Source: Candidatus Latescibacterota bacterium
GTDB taxonomy: Bacteria > Latescibacterota > UBA2968 > GCA-2709665
DNA length: 64,000 nt
Reading direction: 5' to 3'
Assembly: GCA_965219995.1 (NCBI GenBank)
Contig: CBDCOX010000002.1
Coordinates: 192,001 to 256,000 of the forward strand
Part shown: positions 30,545 to 40,289 of the stretch, piece by piece
Layout of the letters: every line of letters begins with the position of its first letter
Position numbering within the stretch: the first letter of the stretch is position 1
The notes under the pieces: generated by a model
The model's input: the letters and a program-made list of their open reading frames with translations, nothing else
Told to the model about the DNA's origin: nothing
The model's database searches: none
Translations under genes and position numbers: made by a program

Positions 30545-30573
30545 TTGACTTGAAGGTCGGTGTTCAATACATT
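30545..30573 (+). promoter_or_regulatory. Putative sigma70 promoter
   Basis: TTGACT-17 nt-TACATT upstream of the GWxTD gene. Confidence 0.5.
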
Positions 30574-30686
30574 GCCTGTTTCGGCTCCGGGCGGGAAGCC
30601 GCCCGGCCGAAGTCGACTTCCGGCGCCCCGTCCCTGGACAGGACACCGGATTCGGATCGTTCCAGACAACCTCGGAGACCTGGGAA

Positions 30687-32063
30687 ATGGGATCTAGAGA
30701 TCGGCATTGGATAGGCGTCCTGCTGTTTGTGGGCGTCTCGTTCTGGTGTGCGGATGGGCATTGCGGCGAGGCGACGGGCGTGGACCTGCCTCTGATCGGC
30801 GAAGGCGATCTGGCGTTTTTCACGGACACCGCCGGCTTCCAGGCGTCGGTCGGATATACCCGCCAGGAGATTTACGTTCTTCTCGACGCGAGTCAGTTGA
30901 AATTCAGGCGGAAGAGAAAACGGTACGAAGCCGAAATGGAACTGTCCATTTCTCTGACCGACTCGGCCGGCGCGGTCGTCAACGAAGAGACCTGGAAGCG
31001 CAAGGTGTGGGTCGAGAGCGCAGACGACGTGGAAGGCGCCGGACTGCCCTTTCGCGATATGATCGGATTCGATCTGAAGCCCGGCGCCTACCGGATGACG
31101 CTTTCGGTTCGAGACCTCAAGGAAAAAAAGAAAGCGGTGGCCGAAGGAGCGTTGCAGGTTCGGAATTTTGAAGGGCAGACGTTGAAATCCAGCGATCTTC
31201 TGTTCGCAACCGGACTGTCAAAAGCCGAGACCGACAGTCGGTTTTCGCGATACGGCTGGCTGGTGACCCCGAATGTCACGCGGACCTATCCCGCCGGCGG
31301 GGATATCGAAGTCTATTTCGAGATCTATCACCTCTCGCCTCCGGCTGAGGGAGCGGACAATACGTTTCTGCTGGGTTACAGCGTGCTGGATACAGCCGGC
31401 GCCGTGCTTGCGAAGTTTGCCGACCAGCGGTTGATGAAGCCCGGGACCAGCGCCGTCAAGACAGAGATCTTCAACACCGCCGATCTGCCACCGGGCACCT
31501 ACTATCTTCAGGTCGAGGCGCTGGATCGGAGCAACCGCGCGGTACACAGGGAGAAGCGGATGCTCTCGCTGGCCCGGAAGCAGGAAGTTGTCGAATTGAC
31601 CCAGGAGGAACGGGACAACATTCGATTTTACAGAGATATCCGGTATGTCGCCAGGGGTTCGCAGCTCAAGGAATACAAGGAACTGAAGAACCGGCAGGAA
31701 CAGATGATGTTTCTGAAGGTATTCTGGAAGGAACAGGATCCTACGCCGGCCACCGACGAAAACGAACGCCTGATCCAGCACATTCAGCGAATGCGGTTTG
31801 CCGAGAACAACTACGCCGCCAGCCGGGGAAAGCGGGGGTCGGATACGGACAAGGGCCGGGTCTACATCAAATTCGGCGAGCCGAGCGACATCCAATACAA
31901 CCTGGCGGCATCCAACGAAAAACCGTTTGAAGTCTGGACGTACGAAAACCAGCGGGGTGTCCGGTTTATTTTCATGGACCGGCGCGGCGCGGGGGTTTTC
32001 GAACTCGTGCACTCCACCCATCCGGCGGAAACGTATAATCCGAACTGGCGGCTTATCGAGTAG
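30687..32063 (+). CDS. GWxTD domain-containing exported protein
   Basis: Signal peptide; FWKEQDPTPATDENE, GSDTDKGRVYIKFGEP, EVWTY and FIFMD motifs. Confidence 0.85.
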   Translation: MGSRDRHWIGVLLFVGVSFWCADGHCGEATGVDLPLIGEGDLAFFTDTAGFQASVGYTRQEIYVLLDASQLKFRRKRKRYEAEMELSISLTDSAGAVVNEETWKRKVWVESADDVEGAGLPFRDMIGFDLKPGAYRMTLSVRDLKEKKKAVAEGALQVRNFEGQTLKSSDLLFATGLSKAETDSRFSRYGWLVTPNVTRTYPAGGDIEVYFEIYHLSPPAEGADNTFLLGYSVLDTAGAVLAKFADQRLMKPGTSAVKTEIFNTADLPPGTYYLQVEALDRSNRAVHREKRMLSLARKQEVVELTQEERDNIRFYRDIRYVARGSQLKEYKELKNRQEQMMFLKVFWKEQDPTPATDENERLIQHIQRMRFAENNYAASRGKRGSDTDKGRVYIKFGEPSDIQYNLAASNEKPFEVWTYENQRGVRFIFMDRRGAGVFELVHSTHPAETYNPNWRLIE

Positions 32064-32148
32064 TGCGCCGTCCGTGGCCGGGAGCCCGTGCGGTTCCGGG
32101 TTCACGGCAGTTGTTGCATTCGGCACGGAACCATCCAAGGAATTCGCC

Positions 32149-35100
32149 GTGGATCCGAGATTTCTCCTGGAAGAAGGCGTTGGGATCTTTACCGGCAATG
32201 AGCTCATTGTCAAGGGCGGTCTGGAACACCGCATGGGGTTGCTGACCGGCTACCCGGGCTCTCCGGTCGCCGAGGTCTTCGATGCCGCGGAACGCATCCG
32301 GGAACTGCTGGTGGAGCAGGGCGTCGTCGTACAGATCGCCAACAACGAAGCGCTCAGTGCCGCGCGGCTCAACGGTTCCCAGATGGCGCCCGTGCGCGCG
32401 ATGGCGGTAATGAAGAGCGTGGGCGCCCATGTGGCTTCCGACGGGCTTGCTCTCGGCAATATGGCGGGCACGGCGCCCGGAGGCGCGGCGGTTGCGGTGT
32501 TCGGCGACGATACCTGGTCCGAAGGCACCCAGGTGCCGGCCGATTCCCGGTTTATTGCCAAACATCTCTATATGCCCATTCTTGAGCCAAGTACGTTCCA
32601 GGAAATCAAGGACTGGATCGGGGCCGCGTTCGACCTGTCGGAAAAGACACGCCTTTACGTGGCCTATCTGGTGACATCCAACCAGGCCGATGGAGGGGGC
32701 ACGGTCGAGGTGGCGGCCAATCGTTTTCCCGACCTGACGGCGAACACGCCCTTAACGATCGACAGCGGGTCGATTCCGCTGGACGACCGGGTGATCATCC
32801 CGCCAAGCACGGCCGTCAAAGAGGAGGACGTCCTTCATCGACGGATGCCGGAGTTTATCGAATGCGCCCGTGAATACAATCTCAATCGCATTCTGTATCC
32901 GCCTGAATCGGGGAAAAAACGATTGGGATTCGTCAGTTCCAGCCTCGCCTACTGCTATCTGGAGCATGTGATGAATATGCTGGGGCTGGAAGGCAGCATT
33001 CCGATTCTGAAATACGGGCTGACGTATCCGGTCGACCCGGAGATACTGAAGACCTTCGTGGCCTGTGTCGACGAAATATACGTCGTGGAAGAAAAGCGCG
33101 GGTTTCTGGAGGGGCAGGTCACGGCCGCGCTGCAGAGGCTGCATCAGGATGGTGAGATCGGCCCGTTCCGAGTCTGGGGGAAGCGCTTTCCCGGCGGCCA
33201 ACCGGGCATTCCGGACAGCAAGGGGATGAATCCCTCCATCCTGCTCAAGGCGCTCTCGCCCGTACTGCTGCGGCTGGACGATCCCACCGTCCCCATCGAT
33301 CGGGAGCGGATTGCGCGGGAAGTGGACCTGGTAAACGAGACGGCCGGCTACCAGATTCAGGCGGCGGTTCGCACCCCGTCCTTCTGTCCCGGTTGCCCCC
33401 ATCGCGATTCCGCCAGTGTCTTGAATCGGGTCATCGACGATTTCAGCAGCGCGGACTATATGAGGAAACACCATCAGAGAGATCCCGCCGACCTGGTGTT
33501 TCACGGCGACATCGGTTGCTATTCCCTCCTGAAATACAAGCCTTTCGACCGGCTGATGCACAATTTGTCCGGTATGGGTCTGGGCGGCGGCACGGGCGCC
33601 GGGATCGATCCCTATATAGATAACAAGCAGCTTGTCTTTATGGGAGACTCGACCTTCTTTCACAGCGGAATGGCGGCGATTTCCGATTCCATCAAACATG
33701 GCCAGGACATTACCTACGTCATTCTGGACAACAAGACGACGGCGATGACAGGGCACCAGCCCACGCCGGGCGTCGACGTGGATATTCTCGGCAAGCCGAC
33801 GTTCGCACAGGATATCGAGCAGGTTGTGCGGGGGATGGCGGGCGACGGGGAAAGCGTGTTTATCGCGCGGATGGATCCGGCGGAGCGGACGTCCTATCGG
33901 CAGAACCTTGAGCGCGCGCTCTTGAAGGACGGCGTGAAGATCATGATTGCGGACAAGGAATGCGGAATCACCTTCCACCGCAGGCAGCGAGCCTTGCAGA
34001 ACGATATCGTTCAGGACAGGGGATACCTGCCCGAGGAGCGTCACATCAACATTACGCCGGAGGTCTGCGAATATTGCCTGGAATGCACGCGGGCAACCGG
34101 GTGCAGCGGATTGACGGTGGAGGAGACGCTCCACGGTCCGAAAATTGCCACGGATCTGTCCCTGTGTGTCGCGGACGGCGCCTGCACTCGGGTGACCGTT
34201 TCGAACGGCGACGGCACCTGCCCGTCGTTCGAAGAGGTTATCGTCAGGCGCTCCCGGGCCACGCGGCGACAGACGGAAGCCATCGACCTTTCGAATCTGC
34301 CGGCGCCCGACGTCAAGAAGTTTGACGCCACCTGGTACGCGTACATCGCCGGTGTGGGGGGCATGGGCATCAATACCATCGCCGCGATTCTCTCCGTGGC
34401 CGGCGCCCGTCAGGGGTACACCGTACGGTTTACCAACAAGAAGGGGTTGGCGATCCGAAACGGGGCCGTGTATTCCCACGTGAGCTTCGCGAAGGGCGAC
34501 CGCGTGATTTCCCAGATCACCCCCTACGGTCATGCCGATTTGCTTCTGGGCCTGGATATCCTGGAGGCGGTGCGCGGACTGGAATCCCTGGGAAACGGAC
34601 GTGTGGCCAGCCCCAGGCATACGACCGCGGTGGTGGAGACCGGGAAGCGGCACACGGTGCTGACGCTCACCGGTCAGGACGAGTTCGATACCGCGGAACT
34701 GGAGGAAGTGCTGAAGCGCCACACCAGATCCGAGGCGTATTTCGGGATGGACCTCGGGGAGATATCGGAGCGTTTCCTGGGCAACAAGATCTACGCGAAC
34801 AGCATCCTTCTCGGAGTTGCGTATCAGCGGGGCGTGTTGCCTCTGGATCTGGAGAACATAAGATGGTCGATGCGGCGCAACATTAAACGCAGCGACCTCG
34901 AGTCCAATTTCAGGGCCTTTGATCTCGGACGCAAGATCGCCATCGATCCGGAAGTCGTCGCGCAGGAGAAACCCGCGCTTTCCTCCAACGAACTGATTGA
35001 AGACAAAGCCGGCATTCTTGAACGCGGAAGGGGCAGGAAAGCGAGCGCGGCGTACCTCGAGCTGACAGCCGAGGCTGCGTCGCTGGACCTTGCTGAAGAG

Positions 35101-35754
35101 GATCGTCTGCAGTTTGCCCTGGGTGTGTACGATCTGATGCAATGGGATGGCGCGGACTACGCCGGGTCGTACGTGAGGCGGGTGCGGAAGGTGTACGAAA
35201 GAGACCGCCCCGACGAGGGATACGAGGCGACCCGCGCGGTCATCAGATATCTGCCTCGCGTGATGGCCTACAAGGATGAGGTGTACGTCGCGCATCTGCT
35301 GACCAGTGAAGAAAAATACCGGCGCGACCGCGAGCGATTCAACGTGAGCGCCGAACGCGGAGACCGGATTTCCTACCGTCACTTCAACCGGGGCAATTTC
35401 AATATTCTCGGGTTCAACGTGTATCTCAAGCTGACAACCCGGGACTGGATGCTGAAGTTGATGAAACGAATGAAATTCCTGCGGAAGTTGATGCCGGCGT
35501 GGCATCGGGAGGAAAAGGCGTACCGCGACTGGTACGTCGATTTTGTCGACCGGTTCGAATACGATCATGAGGAACGGTACGGGGACTACGTGCGGGTGTT
35601 CCGCATGCCGGAGGAAGTGCGTGGCTATCGCGAGGTGATCCGCCCCAGGATCAAGGCGGCGTATCAGGCGGCCGCAGCGATGATGGACGGCAACGGACGC
35701 CCCCGGTCGGCCGAACCCTATCTTGCCATCGAGCCCGTTGTTGAACGGGTCTGA
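32149..35754 (+). CDS. Fused indolepyruvate:ferredoxin oxidoreductase family protein (alpha-beta plus DUF6537-like C-terminus)
   Basis: GYPGSP, NNEALSA, VEEKRGFLE, FCPGCPHR, GDIGCY, TPP motif GDSTFFHSG..NKTTAMTG, ferredoxin Cys, GVGGMG, YKDEVYVA. Confidence 0.88.
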   Translation: MDPRFLLEEGVGIFTGNELIVKGGLEHRMGLLTGYPGSPVAEVFDAAERIRELLVEQGVVVQIANNEALSAARLNGSQMAPVRAMAVMKSVGAHVASDGLALGNMAGTAPGGAAVAVFGDDTWSEGTQVPADSRFIAKHLYMPILEPSTFQEIKDWIGAAFDLSEKTRLYVAYLVTSNQADGGGTVEVAANRFPDLTANTPLTIDSGSIPLDDRVIIPPSTAVKEEDVLHRRMPEFIECAREYNLNRILYPPESGKKRLGFVSSSLAYCYLEHVMNMLGLEGSIPILKYGLTYPVDPEILKTFVACVDEIYVVEEKRGFLEGQVTAALQRLHQDGEIGPFRVWGKRFPGGQPGIPDSKGMNPSILLKALSPVLLRLDDPTVPIDRERIAREVDLVNETAGYQIQAAVRTPSFCPGCPHRDSASVLNRVIDDFSSADYMRKHHQRDPADLVFHGDIGCYSLLKYKPFDRLMHNLSGMGLGGGTGAGIDPYIDNKQLVFMGDSTFFHSGMAAISDSIKHGQDITYVILDNKTTAMTGHQPTPGVDVDILGKPTFAQDIEQVVRGMAGDGESVFIARMDPAERTSYRQNLERALLKDGVKIMIADKECGITFHRRQRALQNDIVQDRGYLPEERHINITPEVCEYCLECTRATGCSGLTVEETLHGPKIATDLSLCVADGACTRVTVSNGDGTCPSFEEVIVRRSRATRRQTEAIDLSNLPAPDVKKFDATWYAYIAGVGGMGINTIAAILSVAGARQGYTVRFTNKKGLAIRNGAVYSHVSFAKGDRVISQITPYGHADLLLGLDILEAVRGLESLGNGRVASPRHTTAVVETGKRHTVLTLTGQDEFDTAELEEVLKRHTRSEAYFGMDLGEISERFLGNKIYANSILLGVAYQRGVLPLDLENIRWSMRRNIKRSDLESNFRAFDLGRKIAIDPEVVAQEKPALSSNELIEDKAGILERGRGRKASAAYLELTAEAASLDLAEEDRLQFALGVYDLMQWDGADYAGSYVRRVRKVYERDRPDEGYEATRAVIRYLPRVMAYKDEVYVAHLLTSEEKYRRDRERFNVSAERGDRISYRHFNRGNFNILGFNVYLKLTTRDWMLKLMKRMKFLRKLMPAWHREEKAYRDWYVDFVDRFEYDHEERYGDYVRVFRMPEEVRGYREVIRPRIKAAYQAAAAMMDGNGRPRSAEPYLAIEPVVERV

Positions 35755-35817
35755 TACGGAAGGCGGCGGCGGCCCGGCAGCCTCAAGGAGCCGTCGCGTC
35801 CTGTCCGGGAAGGAGAT

Positions 35818-36867
35818 ATGTTAAAGGTCGGGGTTGCCGGTTTGAGGCGTGGACGTGGCCTTGCGAATACGTTTCAGAACCATCCGGAAGCGCGACTTGC
35901 GGCGATCTGCGATCCTGTAAGGGAACGGAGGGAGCAGGAAGCCGAGGCCTTCTGCGTCGAATCGGCGTACGCGGATTTCGACGCGTTTCTGGAGGCGGGC
36001 CTGGATGTCATCGTGGTAGCGACGCCGGCGCCCATGCACGCGAACCATTCCATTCGGGCGATGGAAGCTGGCGCCCACGTCCTGAGCGAGGTTCCAGCCG
36101 CCTGGTCGCTGGACGAGGCCAGCGCGCTGGCCGATGCCGTTCGCCGCACCGGGCGGATCTACATGATGGCAGAGAATATGAACTTCTACCATTATGTTCA
36201 GGACTGGAAGACGAAGATTCAATCGGGTGCGATCGGGCGAGTCTTCTATGCCGAGGCCGAGTATATACACGATTGTCGGAAACTGATGCAGGGTCCGGAG
36301 GGAGAACTGACGTGGCGGGCGTCGATGCCTCCCATTTATTACTGTACCCACAGCCTCGGTCCGGTATTGGATATCCTGGACGACCGTTGTGTTTCCGCGG
36401 TGGGCATGTCGACGGGCACGCATACCGAGCCCCAGATCGGCTCGATTGACATGCAGGTGGGGTTGTTCCGGACCGCGAAGGGTAACGTCATCAAGATCCT
36501 GTGCGGGTTTACGGTGACCAGGGAGCCCGGGATGCACTGGCAGATCTTCTACGGTACCGAGGGTACCCTGGAAAACAGACGGGCGCCGTGGGAAGACGCC
36601 AAGATTTTCCGTATGGGTGAGGGGCCAATGGAGAAAATCCAGGCACTGGACTCCGATCCCGATGCGTCCGTGGAGGCCAGGGCCGGTGGGCACGGGACCT
36701 CGGAACATTTCATGGTGGACCGGTTCGTGCGGGCCGTCAATGGACAGGGTCCCGTACCGATAGACGTCTACCGTTCGCTGGACTTTTCGGTCCCGGGACT
36801 GTGCGCGCATCTGTCGGCTCAACAGGGAAGCGCGCCGGTCGACGTTCCGGATTACAGGGGCCGCTGA
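35818..36867 (+). CDS. Gfo/Idh/MocA family oxidoreductase
   Basis: N-terminal Rossmann fold, VATPAPMH, HVLSEVP, YMMAEN, YCTHSLGP. Confidence 0.88.
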   Translation: MLKVGVAGLRRGRGLANTFQNHPEARLAAICDPVRERREQEAEAFCVESAYADFDAFLEAGLDVIVVATPAPMHANHSIRAMEAGAHVLSEVPAAWSLDEASALADAVRRTGRIYMMAENMNFYHYVQDWKTKIQSGAIGRVFYAEAEYIHDCRKLMQGPEGELTWRASMPPIYYCTHSLGPVLDILDDRCVSAVGMSTGTHTEPQIGSIDMQVGLFRTAKGNVIKILCGFTVTREPGMHWQIFYGTEGTLENRRAPWEDAKIFRMGEGPMEKIQALDSDPDASVEARAGGHGTSEHFMVDRFVRAVNGQGPVPIDVYRSLDFSVPGLCAHLSAQQGSAPVDVPDYRGR

Positions 36868-37066
36868 GTTCCGGCGTTCAGGTACGGCGCCGGGGTCGGC
36901 CCGGCTGCGAACCTGATTCGGGATCCTCGTCTGCAATCTTGAAACGGTCGACCCGATTGGGAATATTCGACGGGCAATCGGGCGAAATCTACGAAACGGG
37001 TCCGGTCGGAACCAGCGGGATTCGACCGCATCCTACGCTGTTTTCAATTTCCAAGGAGGGCGTGTT

Positions 37067-38212
37067 TTGGCTGCCAATGAGTGGACGACGGTCAATGCTT
37101 CGGGAAATCTGCGCGTGGTGGTTACCAAGGAGCTTCCTGGCGACCGCTGGCTGAATATTCTGGAACAGGCGGGCTGTCGCGTTGAATACAATACCTCCAC
37201 CCGGATCCTGCAGGTGGATGAAATCGAAGCGGCAATCGGCAATCGTTGCGACGGCGTGATCGGACAGCTTACCGAAGATTGGGGCGAACCGCTCTTTTCG
37301 GCACTGAAAACGGCCGGCGGAAAAGCCTACAGCAACTACGCGGTAGGCTATAACAACGTGGACGTGGACGCGGCCACGCAGAATGGAATTCCCGTGGGAA
37401 ACACGCCGGGCGTATTGACGGAGACCACTGCCGAAATGGCGATCGCGCTCACGTTCTCGGCCGCGCGCCGCGTGGTGGAAGCGGATGAATACATGCGCGG
37501 CGGAAGGTACGAAGGTTGGCTTCCCACCCTGTTCCTGGGGCAGTTGCTCAACCGGAAGACCGTCGGCGTGATTGGCGCCGGGCGAATCGGTGCGACCTAT
37601 GCGCGAATGATGGTCGAAGGGTTCAAGATGAACTTCATCTATTACGATCCCTACCCGAATGAACGACTCGAAGATTACTTTCGGGACTACGCCGCGTTCC
37701 TTGAGGCTCACGGCGAAGAGCCCGTGAGCGTGACCAGGGCGGACACCGCGGAAGAGGTGTTGCGCGAGGCCGACGTGGTAAGCCTGCATCCACTTCTGGA
37801 TCCGACAACGCACCACCTGATGAACGAGGAACGCCTGAACCAGATGAAGTCCGATGCGATTCTGGTAAACGCGAGTCGCGGCCCCGTCATCGACGAAACC
37901 GCGCTCGTGGCGCACTGCAGGAAGAATCCGGACTTCCGGGTCGGGCTCGACGTCTTCGAAGACGAGCCGGAAATGAAGCCCGGATTGAATGAACTGAACA
38001 ACGTGGTGATCGTTCCCCACATTGCGTCGGCGACGAGTTGGACCCGCGAAGGTATGGCGACGCTCGCCGCCAGCAACGTCGCCGGCGTTCTAAGGGGCTT
38101 TCCCGCGTGGGCGGACCAGAACGACATCCTGCCCTTTCTGGGCGACGGCGCGCCCAACGCGTGTCCGAGTATCGTGAATGCAGAAGAACTCGGACTGCCG
38201 GTCGCCGGGTAA
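37067..38212 (+). CDS. Hydroxypyruvate reductase/D-glycerate dehydrogenase, plant HPR1-like
   Basis: CDGVIGQLTEDWGE, AVGYNNVDV, GNTPGVLTETTAE, GAGRIG, RGPVIDE, GLDVFEDEP, PHIASA. Confidence 0.9.
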   Translation: MAANEWTTVNASGNLRVVVTKELPGDRWLNILEQAGCRVEYNTSTRILQVDEIEAAIGNRCDGVIGQLTEDWGEPLFSALKTAGGKAYSNYAVGYNNVDVDAATQNGIPVGNTPGVLTETTAEMAIALTFSAARRVVEADEYMRGGRYEGWLPTLFLGQLLNRKTVGVIGAGRIGATYARMMVEGFKMNFIYYDPYPNERLEDYFRDYAAFLEAHGEEPVSVTRADTAEEVLREADVVSLHPLLDPTTHHLMNEERLNQMKSDAILVNASRGPVIDETALVAHCRKNPDFRVGLDVFEDEPEMKPGLNELNNVVIVPHIASATSWTREGMATLAASNVAGVLRGFPAWADQNDILPFLGDGAPNACPSIVNAEELGLPVAG

Positions 38213-38248
38213 TCAAACCCGTCCGGCTGCGGATGACCAGAAACAGAG

Positions 38249-38297
38249 CGGCGGGGTTCCACGCGCACAAGGCGTGAAATCCCGCCGTTCGGTTTTT
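38249..38297. terminator. Hairpin/terminator between convergent genes
   Basis: CGGCGGGGTT..CACGC / GCGTG..AATCCCGCCG imperfect stem with downstream T-run. Confidence 0.5.
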
Positions 38298-38313
38298 CGT
38301 GGCACGGCGCCTT

Positions 38314-39171
38314 TCACTCCGTTATCTTCGCAATTGCGATTCCGTATTCACCGGCGACGGAGTAGAGAAGATAGGTATCGGCGTCCTCCCGGTAGATCCC
38401 CGGATCGCGAAGCTGCCGCACCCGCTCGGGGGACCATCCGCGGCGGGAGGGCTCGAGGGGAAGCTCGGCCCCTTCGTAGTCGGTTTCGGGTTCGAGGATG
38501 ACCTCGGCCTCGGACGCCCGCCAATTCATCCAGTCCGGCGTAAGGTCGACGCGGGAGAGCAGAATCCGTTCGGGGCAGTCGTGTGCGTCTGAATAAAGGA
38601 CCGAAAGTGTGTCACCATCCAGTTTCACGGCCGTATGGCGCTGGTCTTCGGTGAACAGCATGGGACCCTGCCGGAAATCCGTCAGGCCATCTCGCGACCG
38701 ATAGAAAACGCCGGGCATACCCAGCGCATACGTCTCGCCGCGCCACCGGAAGACCCGGAAGTAGGAATTGCCGAGATTTTCCGGATAGGCTGTGAAGTGA
38801 ATCCCGTCGGCCGACAGCGCGACTTTGGACTGCTGGCCGTGGCCCGGCACCGGTCCGTGGTAGTACATCCTGATTTCACGATTCCGGTTGTCCACGTGGA
38901 CGTCCGGCGAGGCGAGGTGTCCGGTCGTGTAGGCGTCGTTCAGGTCCAGCACCCCGGGTTCGTAGGTGGTCCACGGACCCGAGAGCCGGTCCGAAAAGGC
39001 AAGGCGGATATACTCGCCCCGATGGTGGCCGAAATAGAGATAGTACCTGCCGAGGGGGTCCGGGAGCCACTCTGGGACCCGGACGAGCGATGGACCGTTG
39101 ATGTTGTCACCCATCCGGGAGTCCATATGCGGACGGATGATGGGATTGTTCGGCAGTCTTTCGATGCGCAT
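38314..39171 (-). CDS. Hypothetical beta-propeller glycoside hydrolase-like protein
   Basis: NPII.P, NINGPSL, YYLYF, ASPDVHVD, LRDPGIY, YLLYSVAGE blade-like repeats. Confidence 0.65.
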   Translation of the reverse strand: MRIERLPNNPIIRPHMDSRMGDNINGPSLVRVPEWLPDPLGRYYLYFGHHRGEYIRLAFSDRLSGPWTTYEPGVLDLNDAYTTGHLASPDVHVDNRNREIRMYYHGPVPGHGQQSKVALSADGIHFTAYPENLGNSYFRVFRWRGETYALGMPGVFYRSRDGLTDFRQGPMLFTEDQRHTAVKLDGDTLSVLYSDAHDCPERILLSRVDLTPDWMNWRASEAEVILEPETDYEGAELPLEPSRRGWSPERVRQLRDPGIYREDADTYLLYSVAGEYGIAIAKITE

Positions 39172-39260
39172 TGACGGATCCTCCTTCAGGCCGGCTGCGC
39201 CTTGACGCGGGCCGCGCCGCCGCCGGCCGTACGGTCTTTCACCAGAGCGGGAGTCTGACG

Positions 39261-40244
39261 TTGGCGGAAAAGAGGTTCAACAGACGCCTGTCGGTCGCAC
39301 CGATGATGGACTGGACGGACAGGCACGAACGGTATTTCCTGAGGTTGTTTTCACGGCACATCCTTCTATACACCGAGATGATCACCGCGGATGCGGTCCT
39401 GCGGGGCCGACGAGAGCAGCTTCTGAAACACCATCACCGTGAGCATCCGGTGGCGCTTCAGCTGGGAGGGTGCGATCCGGCGGCGCTGGCGCGCTGTGCG
39501 CGGATCGGCCGGGACTTCGATTACGACGAGATCAATCTCAACGTGGGCTGCCCGAGCGACCGCGTGCAGGCCGGCCGGTTCGGCGCCTGCCTCATGGCGG
39601 AGCCCGATCTGGTCGCACGTTGCGTAGCGGCCATGCGCGAATCGGTAGAAATCCCGGTCACCGTGAAGACGAGGATTGGTATCGACAACCGGGACTCCTA
39701 CGCGGACCTCGCGCATTTCGTGCGGACGGTTTCAGGCGGCGGATGCCGCGTGTTCGTCATCCACGCGAGAAAGGCGTGGCTGCATGGATTGAGTCCGAAG
39801 CAGAACCGGGAGATCCCTCCGCTGCGATACGACGTGGTACATCGTCTGAAACAGGACTTCCCGGACCTGGAGGTCGTTCTGAATGGAGGAATCACAACCC
39901 GCGAGCAGGTGCGGGAACACCTCGAGTACGTGGATGGCGTCATGATCGGGCGCGAGGCCTATCAGAATCCCTATTTCCTGGCGTCGATGGACCAGGCGTT
40001 CTACGGCGATCCGCGCCCCGTGGCCGGGCGGGGGGAGATCCTGGATCGATTCTGTGAATACGTCGACGATCAGTTGCGCCTGGGGATGCCGCTGGTTGGC
40101 ATGACGCGGCACATCCAGGGCCTTTTTCAGGGGTTGCCGGGCGCCCGCGCCTGGCGCCGGCACCTGAGCGAGAACGCGCACAGGCGCGGATCGGGTGTCG
40201 AGGTGATCCGGCAGGCCGCCACCTTCGTCCTGGGGCCGTCGTGA
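39261..40244 (+). CDS. dusA: tRNA dihydrouridine(20/20a) synthase
   Basis: APMMDWTDRH, QLGG, NLNVGCPSDRVQ.G.FGACLM, HARKAWL.GLSPKQNR, GVMIGR. Confidence 0.95.
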   Translation: MAEKRFNRRLSVAPMMDWTDRHERYFLRLFSRHILLYTEMITADAVLRGRREQLLKHHHREHPVALQLGGCDPAALARCARIGRDFDYDEINLNVGCPSDRVQAGRFGACLMAEPDLVARCVAAMRESVEIPVTVKTRIGIDNRDSYADLAHFVRTVSGGGCRVFVIHARKAWLHGLSPKQNREIPPLRYDVVHRLKQDFPDLEVVLNGGITTREQVREHLEYVDGVMIGREAYQNPYFLASMDQAFYGDPRPVAGRGEILDRFCEYVDDQLRLGMPLVGMTRHIQGLFQGLPGARAWRRHLSENAHRRGSGVEVIRQAATFVLGPS

Positions 40245-40289
40245 CTCGCCCTACACCTGACGATGATGGACTCCTTTCCGAACGGCTGC

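Noticed and set aside
32752-35568. 938-aa minus-strand ORF and other long antisense ORFs (e.g. 302-1465, 24009-25214, 46427-48028, 58917-60830)
   Set aside because: They mirror well-supported plus-strand genes and have no motifs; shadow ORFs of this kind are expected in high-GC DNA.
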